Origin: Bilabrum cf. latius
Lineage: Eukaryota
Reading direction: 5' to 3'
Length of the DNA stretch: 64,000 nucleotides
Assembly: GCA_965178125.1 (NCBI GenBank)
Contig: OZ237753.1
Coordinates: forward strand, 868,001-932,000
The position numbers were made by a program, and so were the translations under genes. Positions 35,464-47,752 of this stretch are shown here, piece by piece (position 1 is the first letter of the stretch; the number at the start of each line of letters is the position of its first letter). The notes under the pieces were generated by a model. It saw only the letters and a list, made by a program, of their open reading frames with translations. It was not told the origin of the DNA and made no database searches.

Positions 35464-37092
35464 TTACCAAGTCGCCCCTGCAGCCATCTTGGGCCCGGGC
35501 CCCCCACTAGCCCCCTTCGCCTGCTGCACCTGTTCCCCAACATTGGGTCTCCACCATCCCGCCCGATCCCTGTCCTTGCTCACCTCCTTCTCCATCCGTT
35601 TCAGCCGGTGCACCATGCCCAGCGCCTCCGCCCCGGGACCCACGCGCGATAGGTCCGGCGCCCACGCAAGCACGCGCTGCCCCCCCTTTGCCATTGCCCC
35701 ACCGGCATTTCCACCCGCACCCGCACCCGCCTCTACCTCGACACCCGCCCCCTGCCCACTCCCCGCTAGCGGCACCCGCAGAGCACCAGCACCCTCTTCC
35801 AAAGCCACCCCAGCCCCAGCTCCAGCCTCGGTATCCCCTCCTCCTCCTCTCCCTCCTCGCCCCCCACCTCGCGCCATAGACTCTGCCGCGACCGGATCAG
35901 CGGTCAGCTCGGGGTACAGCTCCCTCCTGACTCGGTCGCAGTAGGCCACCACGGAAGGACACCTCCCCAGCGCGTGTTCCTTGGCTGCCCCCACCATGGC
36001 CACACGGAACACCTGCTCCAGCTGCGCGAAGATGGCCGCGTCCTCCTCCGAGAGTTGCTCCCCCGTGATGAACCGCCGCCCGTCCTGCAGCACAGCCTCG
36101 GCCACGTCCAGGCACTCGGCCGCCATGGCAGCTGCGTCAGCCGCCCCGTGCCGCCCGGAGCCGTGCGCGAAGCACGCGTCCCTGACCTTTGCCCTGACGA
36201 TGGGCACCACGATGGCGCGCATGATCGAGGAGAGGACGGGCTCCAAAAATGCCGCGCTCATGAGCTGCATGTTGCCCTCGTCGCTGACCCAGTTGTCGTA
36301 GATGCCGAACTGGTAGAGAACATTTTCCAGGCTAAGCCGCAGGGAGGCTGCCTGCGCCCAGGCGAGGGGTGCCGGGTACTGCGGCGCCTCTTCTACATGC
36401 TCGCCTGACGATGTCTGAGCAGCAGCAGCGGGCGCTTGGGATCCGCTGCCAGCCGCAGCTGCCGCTGCGCACGGCAGGCCCACCAGCGCCTTCCCCTGGG
36501 ACCTCGCTCGGAGGACTCGCCTTGGCGCGACTAGCATGCGCCCGATGCGACGCGGCTGCGGTGTGCAGAATAACTTATCATGAAACTAAATAGATGGGCA
36601 GTTTGGCATCGAGACATTGGCTGCATCGCAGCCCGTTCTAGTGGTGGTGTGCCTCACGCCTGCTTCTGAAGTCGCGGCTCCGAACGTGTTCACCAGGTAC
36701 CTGACAATCATGGCACTGTCGGTCACAACAACATCTTTACTCGCATCCACAGCGTCGGCGTGGGTGTGTCGCAAGTACGGAATTTTGCCGCGCGGTGCCT
36801 TGCTAGGACTCGTGGGTCCGACCTTGTGTTGAATGTCAAACCCGCGAAGGATCGCGGCTATTTTGTTCACAAACGGCGATCCAGAGCATGGGAGCCCGAG
36901 CTGAGCAAGACTTCCGTACAGTCGCACCTGCGAATTGGCTCTATGCACCCCGAATAGAGGCTGGTCTACACTGGTGGATCGGGGTATCGAGGAGCACTGC
37001 ATCGTCCGGATGCACTGCCAGATTGCAAGGATCAAAGCACCAAAGATAGCGGAAGCTACAATGGCTAGAGCCCAACCATACGTTGGAACCAT
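35464..37092 (-). CDS. GST-fold protein of the failed-axon-connections/metaxin type with N-terminal TM; possible intron 36556-36657
   Basis: SPFVNKI, APRGKIPYL, DSAMIVRYL, FITGEQLSEEDAAIFAQL; ORFs 36586..37200 and 35464..36537 share a frame separated by one TAG; start uncertain (37092/37170/37200); ends TAA. Confidence 0.7.
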
Positions 37093-37214
37093 ACTGAGGC
37101 CGCTGCGAAAGGATAGGGAGCCACAAGGTCGTTGCAGGCTGTGGGAACGTCGCGCGGCAGTGCCCTTCATTTTGGTCAACTCAGAAGTCTGTTCTTGCAT
37201 AGCCGCCGCTGGAA

Positions 37215-39341
37215 ATGCAAGATTCGTTCGAGGTACTCTCTTTCAATCTTCTAGCTGAGTAGCTGACGAACAGCCGCTACTTTCCAGCCTCGCATTCTGC
37301 CCTGTTGAAATGGAAGTCCAGGCACAGGCATTTACTGGCGTCGCTTGAGCCCAACTTACGAGCTTCGATTTCATGCTTGAGCGAAGTTGATTTTCTTATC
37401 ACAGGCACCCCGAGCAGAGCCAAGCAAGCCACACTGGTGGCGAGAGATGCGGCAAAGGCCGGCAGCGCTCCGCCTTTGACACCTGCAAAGTCCGATCTGC
37501 TGAAATTGCTGACAAAGACGGCAGGCCACGGTTTCATTCATTCGCTGCGCAGCGGCGGAAAACCAGGCGGTCTCGTGGTTTCGTGGAGCTTAAACGAGTG
37601 GGAGGCCATTGCGGCTGGAACGATTGCCTTGAACGATGTGGGTGAAGCCATCGCCATGGGTGCAAAGGACGGAGCCGAAGCCGTCATTGAGGAAGCTGAG
37701 CGTCACAACTTTGCAATCTTTGTGGCCCTGCGGCCTCTCCGCGATTTCGAGCGGATGGGGCGCCGCGGCGTGGTGGTGAGCTGCAACCACCTCTTCTGGG
37801 ACGAGTCCAAGGCGTGGCTCAAGGCGGCACAGGCGCAGACCGTCAGGCGCGCGGCCGCCGAATTCCGGGAGGTCGTACGGCAGACTTGCAGCTCTGTCGA
37901 CAATATGGCGGGTTGGAGCTGGCCGGTGGTACTGGCCGGGGACTGGAACTCGATGCCTGGCTCGGCCGCCCTGGCCACTTGCGACGACGTGCCTCTGCCG
38001 GTACTACCCAGCGACGGCCTGCCAGGTATCAGCAGAGATGCATCGCACGCCGGAGATCGTAAGTAGCAAGAGTCGGGCATCGCGCTTGCGACCAGTATCC
38101 GGGCGCACGTGGATGCTCTGGGGTGGGACGCAGGGCTGGCGCTGTGGGGGCCCACTGGCGGTGGCACCGGCAGCAGCAGCGGCAGTAGCGAAAAGGTAGG
38201 TCCGGGACCGGGGCCAGCTGGCGTGGGAGAGGGTGCGAGCGAAGCAGAGGGCAGCAAAGAAGGCGGTAGGGGAGAAGAAGAGGCAGGCGCAGAGGAAAAG
38301 CAGGCTGCCGTGCTGGACGCGGGCTGCCGCGTGTCTCCAGCCATGGCTCTGGCGGCGAGGAGGTTTGGCGTACGGCTGTGCTCGGAAGACATGCTAAAGG
38401 ATGGTGCTGCTGGTGCTGCTGGCAGGAAGGAGCAGAGGAAGGCGTGGCTGGGGCGGCTGCTGCGGGAGCTGGCTCTGGTCCCTGGGGTGGTGGAGAAGTA
38501 TCCTCATGTGGTGGCGGTTGAGGGCGAGGGCGAGGGCGAGGGCGAGGGCGAGAAAGAGGACAAGGTGGGCGGGGATGGACCGAAAGAGGACAGCGGGGCT
38601 GCCTCTGGTGGGTCTTGTGGGGGCGGTGGCCTGGTGAACGTGCAGCTGCGCTGCATTGCAGCGGGGAAGACCGACCCCCCGCTTCTCTCATCGGCTAGCC
38701 CCGGGGCGATCCTAAACCAGCAGCAATTAGTGGATGCGTTCAACGCGGTTGTCACCGACCACCTGGACCGACAGGAGAAGAAGGCACCCGCCCCGGGGAG
38801 GAGCCATGCAGCCGCTCCTTCGCCGGGGAGCGATGCAGCCAGGGAGAAGGGCGGTGCAGCTGCCAGTGGCGAGGCAGCTGACGGTGATGCTGCCGCGGGG
38901 CCGGTGCTCACCATCTCGTCGAGCGCGAAACGAACGTTCGTCAAGACGAGCCGCCTGCCCGTTCTGGCGACTCCCCCCACCATGGTGCAGCGCGGGCCCA
39001 GGGACGGCGGAGAGGGGCCGTGCAGGGACGGCGGGTGGTCCGGCAGCCGGCGGGACAAGCGCGCTCTGTTTACGACGTGGGTGAAGCACTTCCACGGGCA
39101 CATCGACCACGTATTTGCAGAGGGGGGCGAGCAGGGGCTGGAGCCAGTGGCCGCCTCGGAGCTGCCCTCGCAGGAGTGGGCCTGCGCCGGGACCGAGGGG
39201 ATGCCTTCCTTGGTGCAGCCGTCGGACCACTTGCCAATTCAGGTGCGGCTGCGATTTCCTACAGCTGCGGTGGGTCTCGGTGCGGGAAGCGGCAGCAGCT
39301 CTGGCGCCGCTGCCGGCGGTGCGGCCGGACAAGTGCCGTGA
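37215..39341 (+). CDS. Exo/endonuclease/phosphatase of the CCR4/Angel/nocturnin group, ~708 aa
   Basis: VLSFNLLAE*L, CLSEVD, CNHLFWD, LAGDWNSMP, GHIDHVF, PSDHLP; TAG at 37260 and 38064; ends TGA. Confidence 0.82.
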
Positions 39342-39373
39342 ACCGAATCTTAAGCAAATCAATCGATTCTGTT

Positions 39374-39838
39374 TCAAATCCATACGCACAAAACTCCGAA
39401 TATAATCGCGGCGAGCGCGTATGCGCGTGTTGCAGCCGGGCGCGCTGCAGAGCTGCTCGAAGGCTGCATCCTGAACTCAACGTCGTAGTCCACCAGTCCT
39501 CCCGGTTCTGCTCGAAGCACGTGGACCGCCGCCGTATACCTCCCAATTGCGAGCTTGGGACTGGTCTGCTTTGTGATGAACGCGCTCTGCCAGCCGTTAC
39601 CTTGCACAGCCACAGGGGACGCAACGGCATAGGTAGGGTCTATGGCGCACTCGCTGCCCTGGTTCACCACGATCTTGACCGAACCCCGTCCGCCAGACAC
39701 ACGAACTCGGGCTTGAAGAATGCCCCATACAGGCGGTCGCACCTCTGTCGTGTAGCATTGCACGGCTCGACCTGGAAACTGCGACGAAACCGGCGAGGCA
39801 GCTGCCACAAGCAGCAGGATCAACGTAAACACGTGCAT
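39374..39838 (-). CDS. Small secreted/surface protein (signal peptide, beta-rich domain, C-terminal hydrophobic anchor)
   Basis: MHVFTLILLLVAAASPVSS...AYALAAIIFGVLCVWI; ends TGA. Confidence 0.6.
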   Translation of the reverse strand: MHVFTLILLLVAAASPVSSQFPGRAVQCYTTEVRPPVWGILQARVRVSGGRGSVKIVVNQGSECAIDPTYAVASPVAVQGNGWQSAFITKQTSPKLAIGRYTAAVHVLRAEPGGLVDYDVEFRMQPSSSSAARPAATRAYALAAIIFGVLCVWI

Positions 39839-39994
39839 CGTTCCAGTCGCACTGGGCAGAATCAATCAAATAGTATCAACAGTAATATCCATATTAATCC
39901 CTTGGAGGCTTTGTCGGCAGATATCGTGCTCGCATCGAGCATATAACTGGTGGTTGCAACCGCCGGCGCGACACTCCTCCGCCGGCGCTCACCC

Positions 39995-40843
39995 TCAGTC
40001 TCTGTCCACCCGTCGCTTCTTCCTGGAGCCTGAAGACTCACCACTCGCACCAGTTGCGGCATTGCTACCCCCTGCCTCGTCCTCTTTCTTCTCACCGCCC
40101 GGTTGAGTAGCACCTAGATCTGCCAGCCCTGCCCTGCGCATGAGCTCCTGCCTCCTCCCTCGTGCCCACTCCGCCTCTTCCCCACGGATGCGATCGCGCT
40201 CCTCTCTAGCCAGCCTGACGTCCTCTTCGGACCTGAGACCGTAGGTCACTTCGGCAACGGGCGCGTCCGACGGCAGCCGGACACGAGCAAGAGCGCCTTC
40301 GCACCCGAGCGCTTCTGCCGCTGGCAACAGGCGCACTTGCTCGGCTAGCTCCTTCCCCGTCGCGGATGGCGGCTTAAGCAGGCATTGCGGTGGTGTAAAT
40401 GGACCTAGAGCTTTGGCCCATCTCGCGCAAGTGCTGGCGAACCGTTTGCGGGAAGGGTCTTCGAGAGGGTGCACCGGCTGAGGGACGCGGTGCGGAGGCA
40501 GCTCGCCGCTGCGAAAGAGGGCAGAATTGGACTCGTGTCGATGTTTTTGCAAGCCACAACTACTCGAAAGGCAATGCAGACCGTGACCTTCCAACCGTTG
40601 CTATCTACCTCACGATGCTAGAGCTGCTCGCGAGGCGTCAAAGGCGATTCTGTTCCGAATTGCCTGGATGTGGGCCCTACGTTTCTCGACTCGAAGGGCA
40701 GATTCACCTTCTAGCAAGTCGTGGTGTGAGGTATCTGGCGCTAGCACAGCCTCTTGTCCGGAATGAAAGAGGGCTAGTGCCTACTCGAACGACAGGTCGT
40801 GCACCGCATTCAAATCTCGAGGCACGAATGGGGTCCCGCTCAT
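39995..40843 (-). CDS. Hypothetical protein with C-terminal NLS-like RKKRR; exons 40843-40614, 40508-39995
   Basis: GTGAGG...TCGCAG intron joins frames; TAG at 40781; ends TGA. Confidence 0.5.
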
Positions 40844-40890
40844 CCTAGACACCTGACTATATGATAGACTATGCTGATATGAAGGTTTCT

Positions 40891-42119
40891 ATGGTGCTCA
40901 GTAATGTAAGTTGTGTTGTGCTGGCCCCACAAACTCCAATCGTCAGCAAGTGCAACCGATGGACGAACCAAGCGCACTAGCACTTCGCACGCCATGTTTC
41001 GTGTCATAGCCTTAATCGCTTTGTACAATTATGCATGTGCATCGCAGAGACCGTACTCTTGCGCAGTATTTAGAACGTGCGAGAACTCATACGCAGTGCA
41101 GAACTTGCACGCTTCGGAATAACCACGAACAGCTCGTTCACCATCGCTGGGTACGCGCTTCGGTCGGATCGAGACATTTCAATTCAAGAATTCATTGATA
41201 CCACGGAGGAACAAGTAGAGTCAACGCTGAGAGACTACGTCCAGAGTGGATCGGGCAGCGCAATCCACAGCGGGTTTGCCACGCGGGACCGTCTTATTCT
41301 CGACATGGAGTCACCAGTCAATCTCAGGGACCTCTACAAGCTCAACGCATCGCTGTTTGAGCCGATTGTGAATGGGTACGCCCTCAGAGCCCGAGTCGCG
41401 AGGAAGACGTTTCCTACGGCGCGGCTCGGGACCTACGGTGTGGTTGTAAACGATTGCCTCGGTGATTGGACCAACCAGACCTGCCGGGACCAGGAGGTAA
41501 ACGCGTACTAGAGAGCGGCATCGTTAGGCCTGTTCGATGAGCTCGATTTTGTGGCCCCTGTCCTGTGTGAGTGTTCACGTGCAGTGGTACCTGCCAGGCG
41601 AGCAGCTGTCCGGTCGATCGGCCGGTCCCATGCAGCGCTCCATCTGTCCATGACGCATGCCAAACATGCCTATGTTTTGCGTCCTGTATGCAGCGATGCG
41701 ACCGTCCTATTGATTACTTTGACCACTACATTGCAGATACAAATACGCACCTGGGAAACGATACCGAGATCGGGCAGCAGGCCTGCGCCACCATGCAGAT
41801 GAGCGCACGGCTGGCAGACAGCAAGGGCCAGCCCCTGGACCTGGAGCCGTTCTTCTTCTATGACCAGGTGGGCAAAGGGACGGGCCCGCTGCCTCCCACC
41901 TACGGCCATGCGCAGGCCATGGCCGTCTCGATGGGGACAGGGTGCCCGCCTCCCCCCGCGCCGCGGGGGCAGGCCTCACGGGGGGGCCAGCCTTAGCCTT
42001 GGGCGGACAGGCTCACGGGGTAGCACTGGTGGTCTGGGGGGCAGAACATCACCTTCGATCGGGAGTGGTTTGGCGCCGCGCAAGTGGTTCCGCAAGAGTG
42101 CCTTGAGACCGGCTTGTGA
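40891..42119 (+). CDS. Hypothetical protein, possibly glycoside-hydrolase-like TIM barrel; intron 41567-41736; 5' structure uncertain
   Basis: LILDMESP, ARKTFPTARLGTYG, LFDELDFVAPVLY; TAG at 41071, 41509, 41994, 42021; ends TGA. Confidence 0.45.
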
Positions 42120-42628
42120 TGAACTGCGAGGCTTGCCGCCTGCCGCGGTGCTGCTTGTGATGAGCTGCGCCCAGGTTTAGAGCACTTGTTTGGGAGACAT
42201 TTCTGCTATTGAATGTAAAGAAATCAGCCTTTATTCGCACACGAGGCCGCACCGACAACGCCACCACCTTCACCACAGCTAAGGGCGCGCGACCCACCCC
42301 ACCGCCCCAGCAGCTGTGCAGGGCTAGCCCACCCGCCGTCGAGGTCCGCGCTCCACCGCACTTGCGATGCATCGCCTGTGCCGTCAGCCCGCGCGCGCCT
42401 CCTAGAAGAGCAAGCGCGCGGAGAAAGTGGCGACAGGTGGCAGCGGGGCGCGCCTCAGCGACCGGACCACACCGGGCCGGCAGTCAGATGAGAAGAGAAG
42501 AGAGCGGAGGAGATTGAAGTGGTGCGATGCCGTGCGAAGAGGCACGCATCACGCCGCAAACAGATGGCCCTCGTGCAGCACGTTGCAATGAATTGCACGG
42601 GCCAACGGCACCCGATTCCTAGCCTCCA

Positions 42629-43873
42629 TCACGCCCACACGTGCAGAGTGGTGTCCCAGCTGGCGGTGCACACAGACTTGCCATCCGGAGACACCCCCAC
42701 CCCCGACATGCGCTTCTTGTCCGACTCGCCCTCGGTGCCGGTGTGCTCGATCTTGTGATACATGCGCTCCTTGCTGATAGTCTCCCAGGCCACCGCCTTA
42801 CCATCCTCGTACGCTGCGAAGAGCACCCTTCCGCTCTTGCTGAAATCCAGGCCGTACACGCCCCCGTTGATGGATAGCCCAGAGGCGGCCGAGGACCTAG
42901 GGGCGGCGTACTTGGCCACCTGACCCTTGGACCGGGTGTCGAAGAGCAGGCACGAGTAGTCGTCCGACCCTGTCGCGAAGGAGTACCCGTTGCCCATGAA
43001 GGCCACCGCGTTGATGTCCGACTCGTGCCCGATGTACGAGAGCTGCGGCTTGCTGCCGGCGCGCATGTCCCAGATCAGGGCAGTGCTGTCCACCGAGCCC
43101 GACACGAACTCGTTGGGTCTCTAGGGATTGAGCGCCACGCTGCGGGGGGAACAAGAGAGAGGGGGGGGGGGGGGGTGGGGGGTAGCACGGGGGAATGCGG
43201 CGATGTGGTGCAGCGCAGGGGGCGCATGCCATCCCGTGCCTAGCATCCGATGGTTCGTGCAATATACTCACAACATGACATCTGCGGTGTGCCCCCTGAA
43301 GTCCTGCTTGTTCTTCGCCTTCTCCACGTCCCAGAGAGTGCACGTCCAGTCGCCGCTGCTCGTCAGAATCGTGTTGGTGCCGTCCACGAAGCGGCAGCAA
43401 GACAGGTAGCCTTCGTGGCCTGTCAGTTCGAGCATAGGCTCCTTAACCAATCGTCCGGGCATGTCAAGCTTGTATAGCGAGCAAGTGTTGTCAAGCCCAC
43501 CGGACGCAACCGTTCGCCCTTCCGCAGTTTGGTCGAACGCGCAGGTCATCACCCAGGCGCTCACCAGGTTGACTCCGTACTTCCGAATCTATTCCATTGC
43601 ATCCCATACAATTAGCTTGCCATCCTAACTCGCAGACACGAGGTGCTGACTATCAGCAGCCCAATGCATCGCGTACACTTTGCCGTAGTGGCCAGCAAGC
43701 ACCCTTCTGGCTTCGAACATGAACTCTCCCTCGCCCTTGCTTTTCATGCAGCCAGCAAGCGTATCATGCGCTTTCTCTCGTTTCAACGCCTTCACCCGAT
43801 CCTTCAGGGCCTGCACTTCCTATCTAGCTGCTCGCCGCCTCTCGTACAAATCACTCGATCCAGCAGCTGCCAT
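42629..43873 (-). CDS. GNB: Heterotrimeric G-protein beta subunit, 370 aa; exons 43873-43272, 43139-42629
   Basis: RRVLAGHYGKVYAMHW, LVSAS*DGKLIVWD, AWVMTCAF, GGLDN, GHEGYLSCCRF, TSSGD, GHESDINAV, FATGSDD, FSKSGR, TASWD..L.VWA; TAG at 43820, 43625, 43589, 43121; ends TGA. Confidence 0.96.
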
Positions 43874-44269
43874 AGTACCACTTGTCGACAAGCGGAGCAG
43901 TTCGGCAATTTAAACTATAACAGATCAACGGCACACTACTGCTGCGAATTGTAGTGACTGGATTGGTTGAACCAGCAGAACTGAGATTCTTTTGACCCGA
44001 CCGTGGCTGCCCGGGCACGGGAAGCCTAGAGTCTTGGCTGGTTGGAAAGCTGGGAATCCGGAGCAAAGAGACAGCTGCCTCAATACAAGATCGCACCAAA
44101 GACTCGCAGAAGCGCTCTCGACAGATGGAACAGTATTGCAGACTTTGGCACTTCGTCGTCGCAACAACAAACCAGAGTTTCTTCTAAACAACACGTCACT
44201 TTAGTTCGAAGACAATTCTAGATTTAGTGCTCAACTACAAGAACTTTGCGTTTTTTTTGACATAGTCAG

Positions 44270-45522
44270 ATGGACATTGGAAGCGGACTGTTTGCTGCAG
44301 CTCTTGCGGGAATTGGATACGTTGTATCACGCAGGGGTACGTCTGGGGTGAGCTCGCTAGCTTCAACTGAATATTTTCCTATCAATGTCACTGCAAAGAC
44401 AGGGTATGGTGCAGTATCATGCTCGTATACTTGTGCAGAGGAAGGATGGCTTCATTGTCAGAGATGTGCACGTGTTTGAAGCGAAACGAAGAGCCATCGT
44501 GGCAGGAGGATTCGATAAGCTTCAGTTTGTGGCAGACTTTGACAGGACAATCACGCGAGCATTCACCAAAAGTAAGATAAAATATCATCCGTTGGGACAC
44601 AAATGAATCTTGCTTCCTCCTCTTACGCACCTAACGCGTGGTCGAGCCCATCTTTGACGCAGGCGGCGCCCCGAACTGCAGCTGCCATGGCATGCTTGAG
44701 CATTGCCCGACGCTCACCGAAAAGTACAGACGCCTAACGCAGGCACTGGCTAGGAAGTATTACCCCATTGAGACAGACCCTCGGCTCACCACGGATCAGA
44801 AGCTGCCCAAGATGACGGAGTGGTACTCGAAGGCCCATGAGGCGCTCAAGGACGAAGGTATCAGCAGGGCAGATATCGTGCAAGCCGTCAAGCACGCGAA
44901 CACCGAGCTGCGAGACGGGGCGCGAGAACTCTTGGATACCTTGGGCGCGCGCGGGGTGCCCACCCTGTTGTTCTCCGCGGGCATCGAGGACCTTATCCTC
45001 GAGTACATGCAGACCAAGGGGGGAGGGGCGCTCCCTCCGTCCATGCACGTGGTGTCCAACCGCATCCGGTGGGACGCCTCGGGCAAGATCGCCGGTTTCT
45101 TCGATCCTCTGATCCACATGTTCAACAAGGATGACCGGCACACGGCGGGGCTCCCCTGGTTCGAGGCAGCGAGGGACAGGCCCAACGTGGTGCTCATCGG
45201 GGACTCGCTGGGCGACGTGACCATGGCAAACAGGTCCATCAAAAAGGGAAGCAAGGGCAAGGGGAAAGACAAGAGCAAGGGCGGCGATTCAGGGAGCGAC
45301 GTGGTGCTGAAGATCGGGTTCTTGAACGCGAAGGGAGACGACAAGATCGACGCGGCCCTACCAAAGTACTTGCGAGCGTACGATGCGGTCATCTTGCATG
45401 ACGGCGACATGGGGCCGGTGCTGAGCATACTGAAGGACATGCTGAAAGGAGGAGCGGGTGGAGGTGATGCAAAAGAAGAGGCTAAGGGGGCAGCTGAAGG
45501 CGGGGCGGCGGGGGCCGTGTGA
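44270..45522 (+). CDS. NT5C3: Cytosolic/pyrimidine 5'-nucleotidase 3 (HAD); exons 44270-44347, 44439-44571, 44663-45522
   Basis: LQFVADFDRTIT, SCHG, YYPIE.DP, KLPKMTEWY, LFSAGI, HVVSN, IHMFNK, NVVLIGDSLGDVTM, LKIGFLN; two 91-nt GT-AG introns; ends TGA. Confidence 0.92.
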
Positions 45523-45737
45523 TGGTTGCGCTAATGAGCTAGATACAACGTGCAGGCTGTAGTGTATCTAGTCGCCGATGGCTTCCGACAAACTGAGGGT
45601 TGTTGGTTGTGGGGACTGCTATGAATAGTCTAAGGAACGCAGCTGCAGGTGGTACCACGATTGCTATGAGACGAGCATGCACACAGCGCTGTGATTTGCA
45701 ATTGGCTGCAAGCAAAGGCCTTCTTGGCGTGCCTGTG

Positions 45738-46520
45738 TCATCTGCCGCCAGCAACACTTGATGCACTACCGCCTCCCTTCCCTTTCCCTTTCCCCTTTCC
45801 TTTCCCCTTCCCACCCCCTGCGCCATCCTTCCTGCGGTACACTGGGTCGGGATCCAGCTCCCTATCGAATCCCTTCTTCCTGAACATGTACTGCCTGTAT
45901 CTCCTCCGCTTCGCCACGCGGGCCATGCCTCGCGCCGCACCAGCCTGGTTGTCCTCCACCAACTGACCCTCTGTGCTGCCGAATCCCTAAAACCCGAGCG
46001 CAACCCGCATCTGATCTTCGACAGAAAGACCTTCCGGGAGCACGAGCTGCTTTGCCCCGACTCCCATGGCCTCCTTCGCGGCCGCTTCTTGCTTCTCTTT
46101 CATGCGCCGAAACGCTTCCACTCCCGTCTCTGGGGATCCCGCGGCCTTGTCTGGGGCCGATGATGCTGCCAACGCTGCCTTCGAACCGCTGTCTTCCTCG
46201 TCGCTATCGTCGTCCAAAAAACGGGGGTCTAGTGCTGGTGCAGGTGGCGCTGCCGGAGCCGATGGTAGGCTTGGAGCTACTCGGTTCCCCGTACCCCCTC
46301 TTGACTGGCTAGTGGAAGCCGCCTATGATTGTTCAAGTCTAAACTAGGCTGTTCTATGCTAGCTTTGTGCTTGAGACGGCATATCGTGACGACCTTCCAC
46401 TCTAGCACGTTTTCCGTTTCGTCCATTGCCGTCATCATCGGCAGGACGGGGTCGTTTCCCGGCTATTGCTTGTCCTGACCATCGATCTAATTTGCTACCG
46501 GGTTGCTAGCTCGAGCTCAT
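45738..46520 (-). CDS. SNRNP27: U4/U6.U5 tri-snRNP 27K-like protein, ~260 aa
   Basis: MRVALGF*GFGSTEG..VEDN...RRRYRQYMFRKKGFDRELD matches the family C-terminus; TAG at 46506, 46359, 46344, 46323, 45987; ends TGA. Confidence 0.82.
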
Positions 46521-46639
46521 TGCTCCGGGAGCAAAATGTGGGAGTGATTTGCAATTTTGGCAATAAAGAACCTGAAAGGAACGTTCGGTGGCATGAAGAC
46601 GCCAGTGCACCGTTGATCCAGCTACGAAGAGCACAACAA

Positions 46640-47629
46640 TCACCTTCCAGATCCAGTTCCTGACGCCGCAGTGGTGCCGCCCCCCTCGGGCTTGAGCTCC
46701 TTCATCCGGTCGTGCATCAGCACGTACTCTCTCGACGACAGCCCAAACCTTAGCGTATCCCTGGCTCGAAGGCTCACGTAACGCGCCGACACAATCTTCT
46801 CCCCGTTCAAAAAGGTGCCGTGAGTGCTTTCCAGGTCGAGGATGTACGGCCGCACCGACTGCAGCTGCGTGCCATCCGGCCGAAACTTGCCAGGCAGGTC
46901 GACCAGTCGGAATTGGAGCACGGCGTGCTGGCTGGAACAGGACGGGTGCAGCGCGTGCACATCCGCAACCCGGGTGTCCCTGCCGATCAGGTAGGCGCTC
47001 TGCTTGCACACGTACAGCGGCCCGTCTCCGACGGGCTCGCTGCCCTTGAACACGTGCAACTGCCAGCGCAGCGACGGAACCCTGGCCTCAGGCGGCTCTG
47101 AAAACCGCATTTGTATGCCTTTATACACGTTGCCATGCTATACATCCTTCTACAGTGCCCCACTGAGTCCAAAGTTTGGTTTGGGCTGCTGCTTCTCAGC
47201 AGCAACAGCAGGTGCTTCTTGTCCGTCGGTACCCCCACTCTCCCCAGCACTAGAGGATGATGCCGCGGCGGCCCCAGACAGTGTTTGATGCTTATTTAAT
47301 GCGGAAGAGTGCGCGGCAGATCCTTTCGCACTGCTAGCGGTATCAAAAGCCGCAGCAGACTAGGATGCAACTGGGGCAGGAAGGCTTGGTCCCTGCGCCA
47401 AAGCCTCCTTACTTGCTAGTTTGGCCTGAACGGTTGCAATAGTAGAAGCAATCACATTTTGCTTTTCCTCTCCGTCGAGCCGTATTCGTTTGGCTGCATC
47501 CATTGGCTGTGAATCCTCGGAGGCCTCCGGCCCCCACCTACGCCGCCGTTTTGTACGTGGCTTTAGGGAGGTGGGATCTCGTGGCGCAGCTGGCTGTAAA
47601 TCGGTACTGCTTGCTGCAGAGGAGGCCAT
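46640..47629 (-). CDS. SNIP1: SNIP1/DAWDLE/Pml1-like FHA-domain splicing factor, ~329 aa
   Basis: KPNFGLSGAL, FSEPPEARVP...W.LHVFKG, QSAYLIGRD, HPSCSSQHAVLQFR, PYILDLESTHGTFLNG, FGLSSREYVL; TAG at 47360, 47150, 47138; ends TGA. Confidence 0.9.
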
Positions 47630-47752
47630 GCTGTAGCAGAACGAGCAGCTAGATCTATTTGTAGATCCTCGAGGCGGTCGGCTCTGGTAGACCGGAATTT
47701 CAAAAGTTGCACAACGTGCACAATCATCAGCGCGCCGGCCGGGCGACCGTAT

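Noticed and set aside
34989-43822. UAG as pyrrolysine, Trp (A-to-I editing), Leu or Tyr
   Set aside because: Conserved columns are Gln and no pyl genes are present. U-to-C editing to CAG cannot be excluded from DNA alone but is unlikely at dozens of nuclear sites; RNA-seq would settle it.
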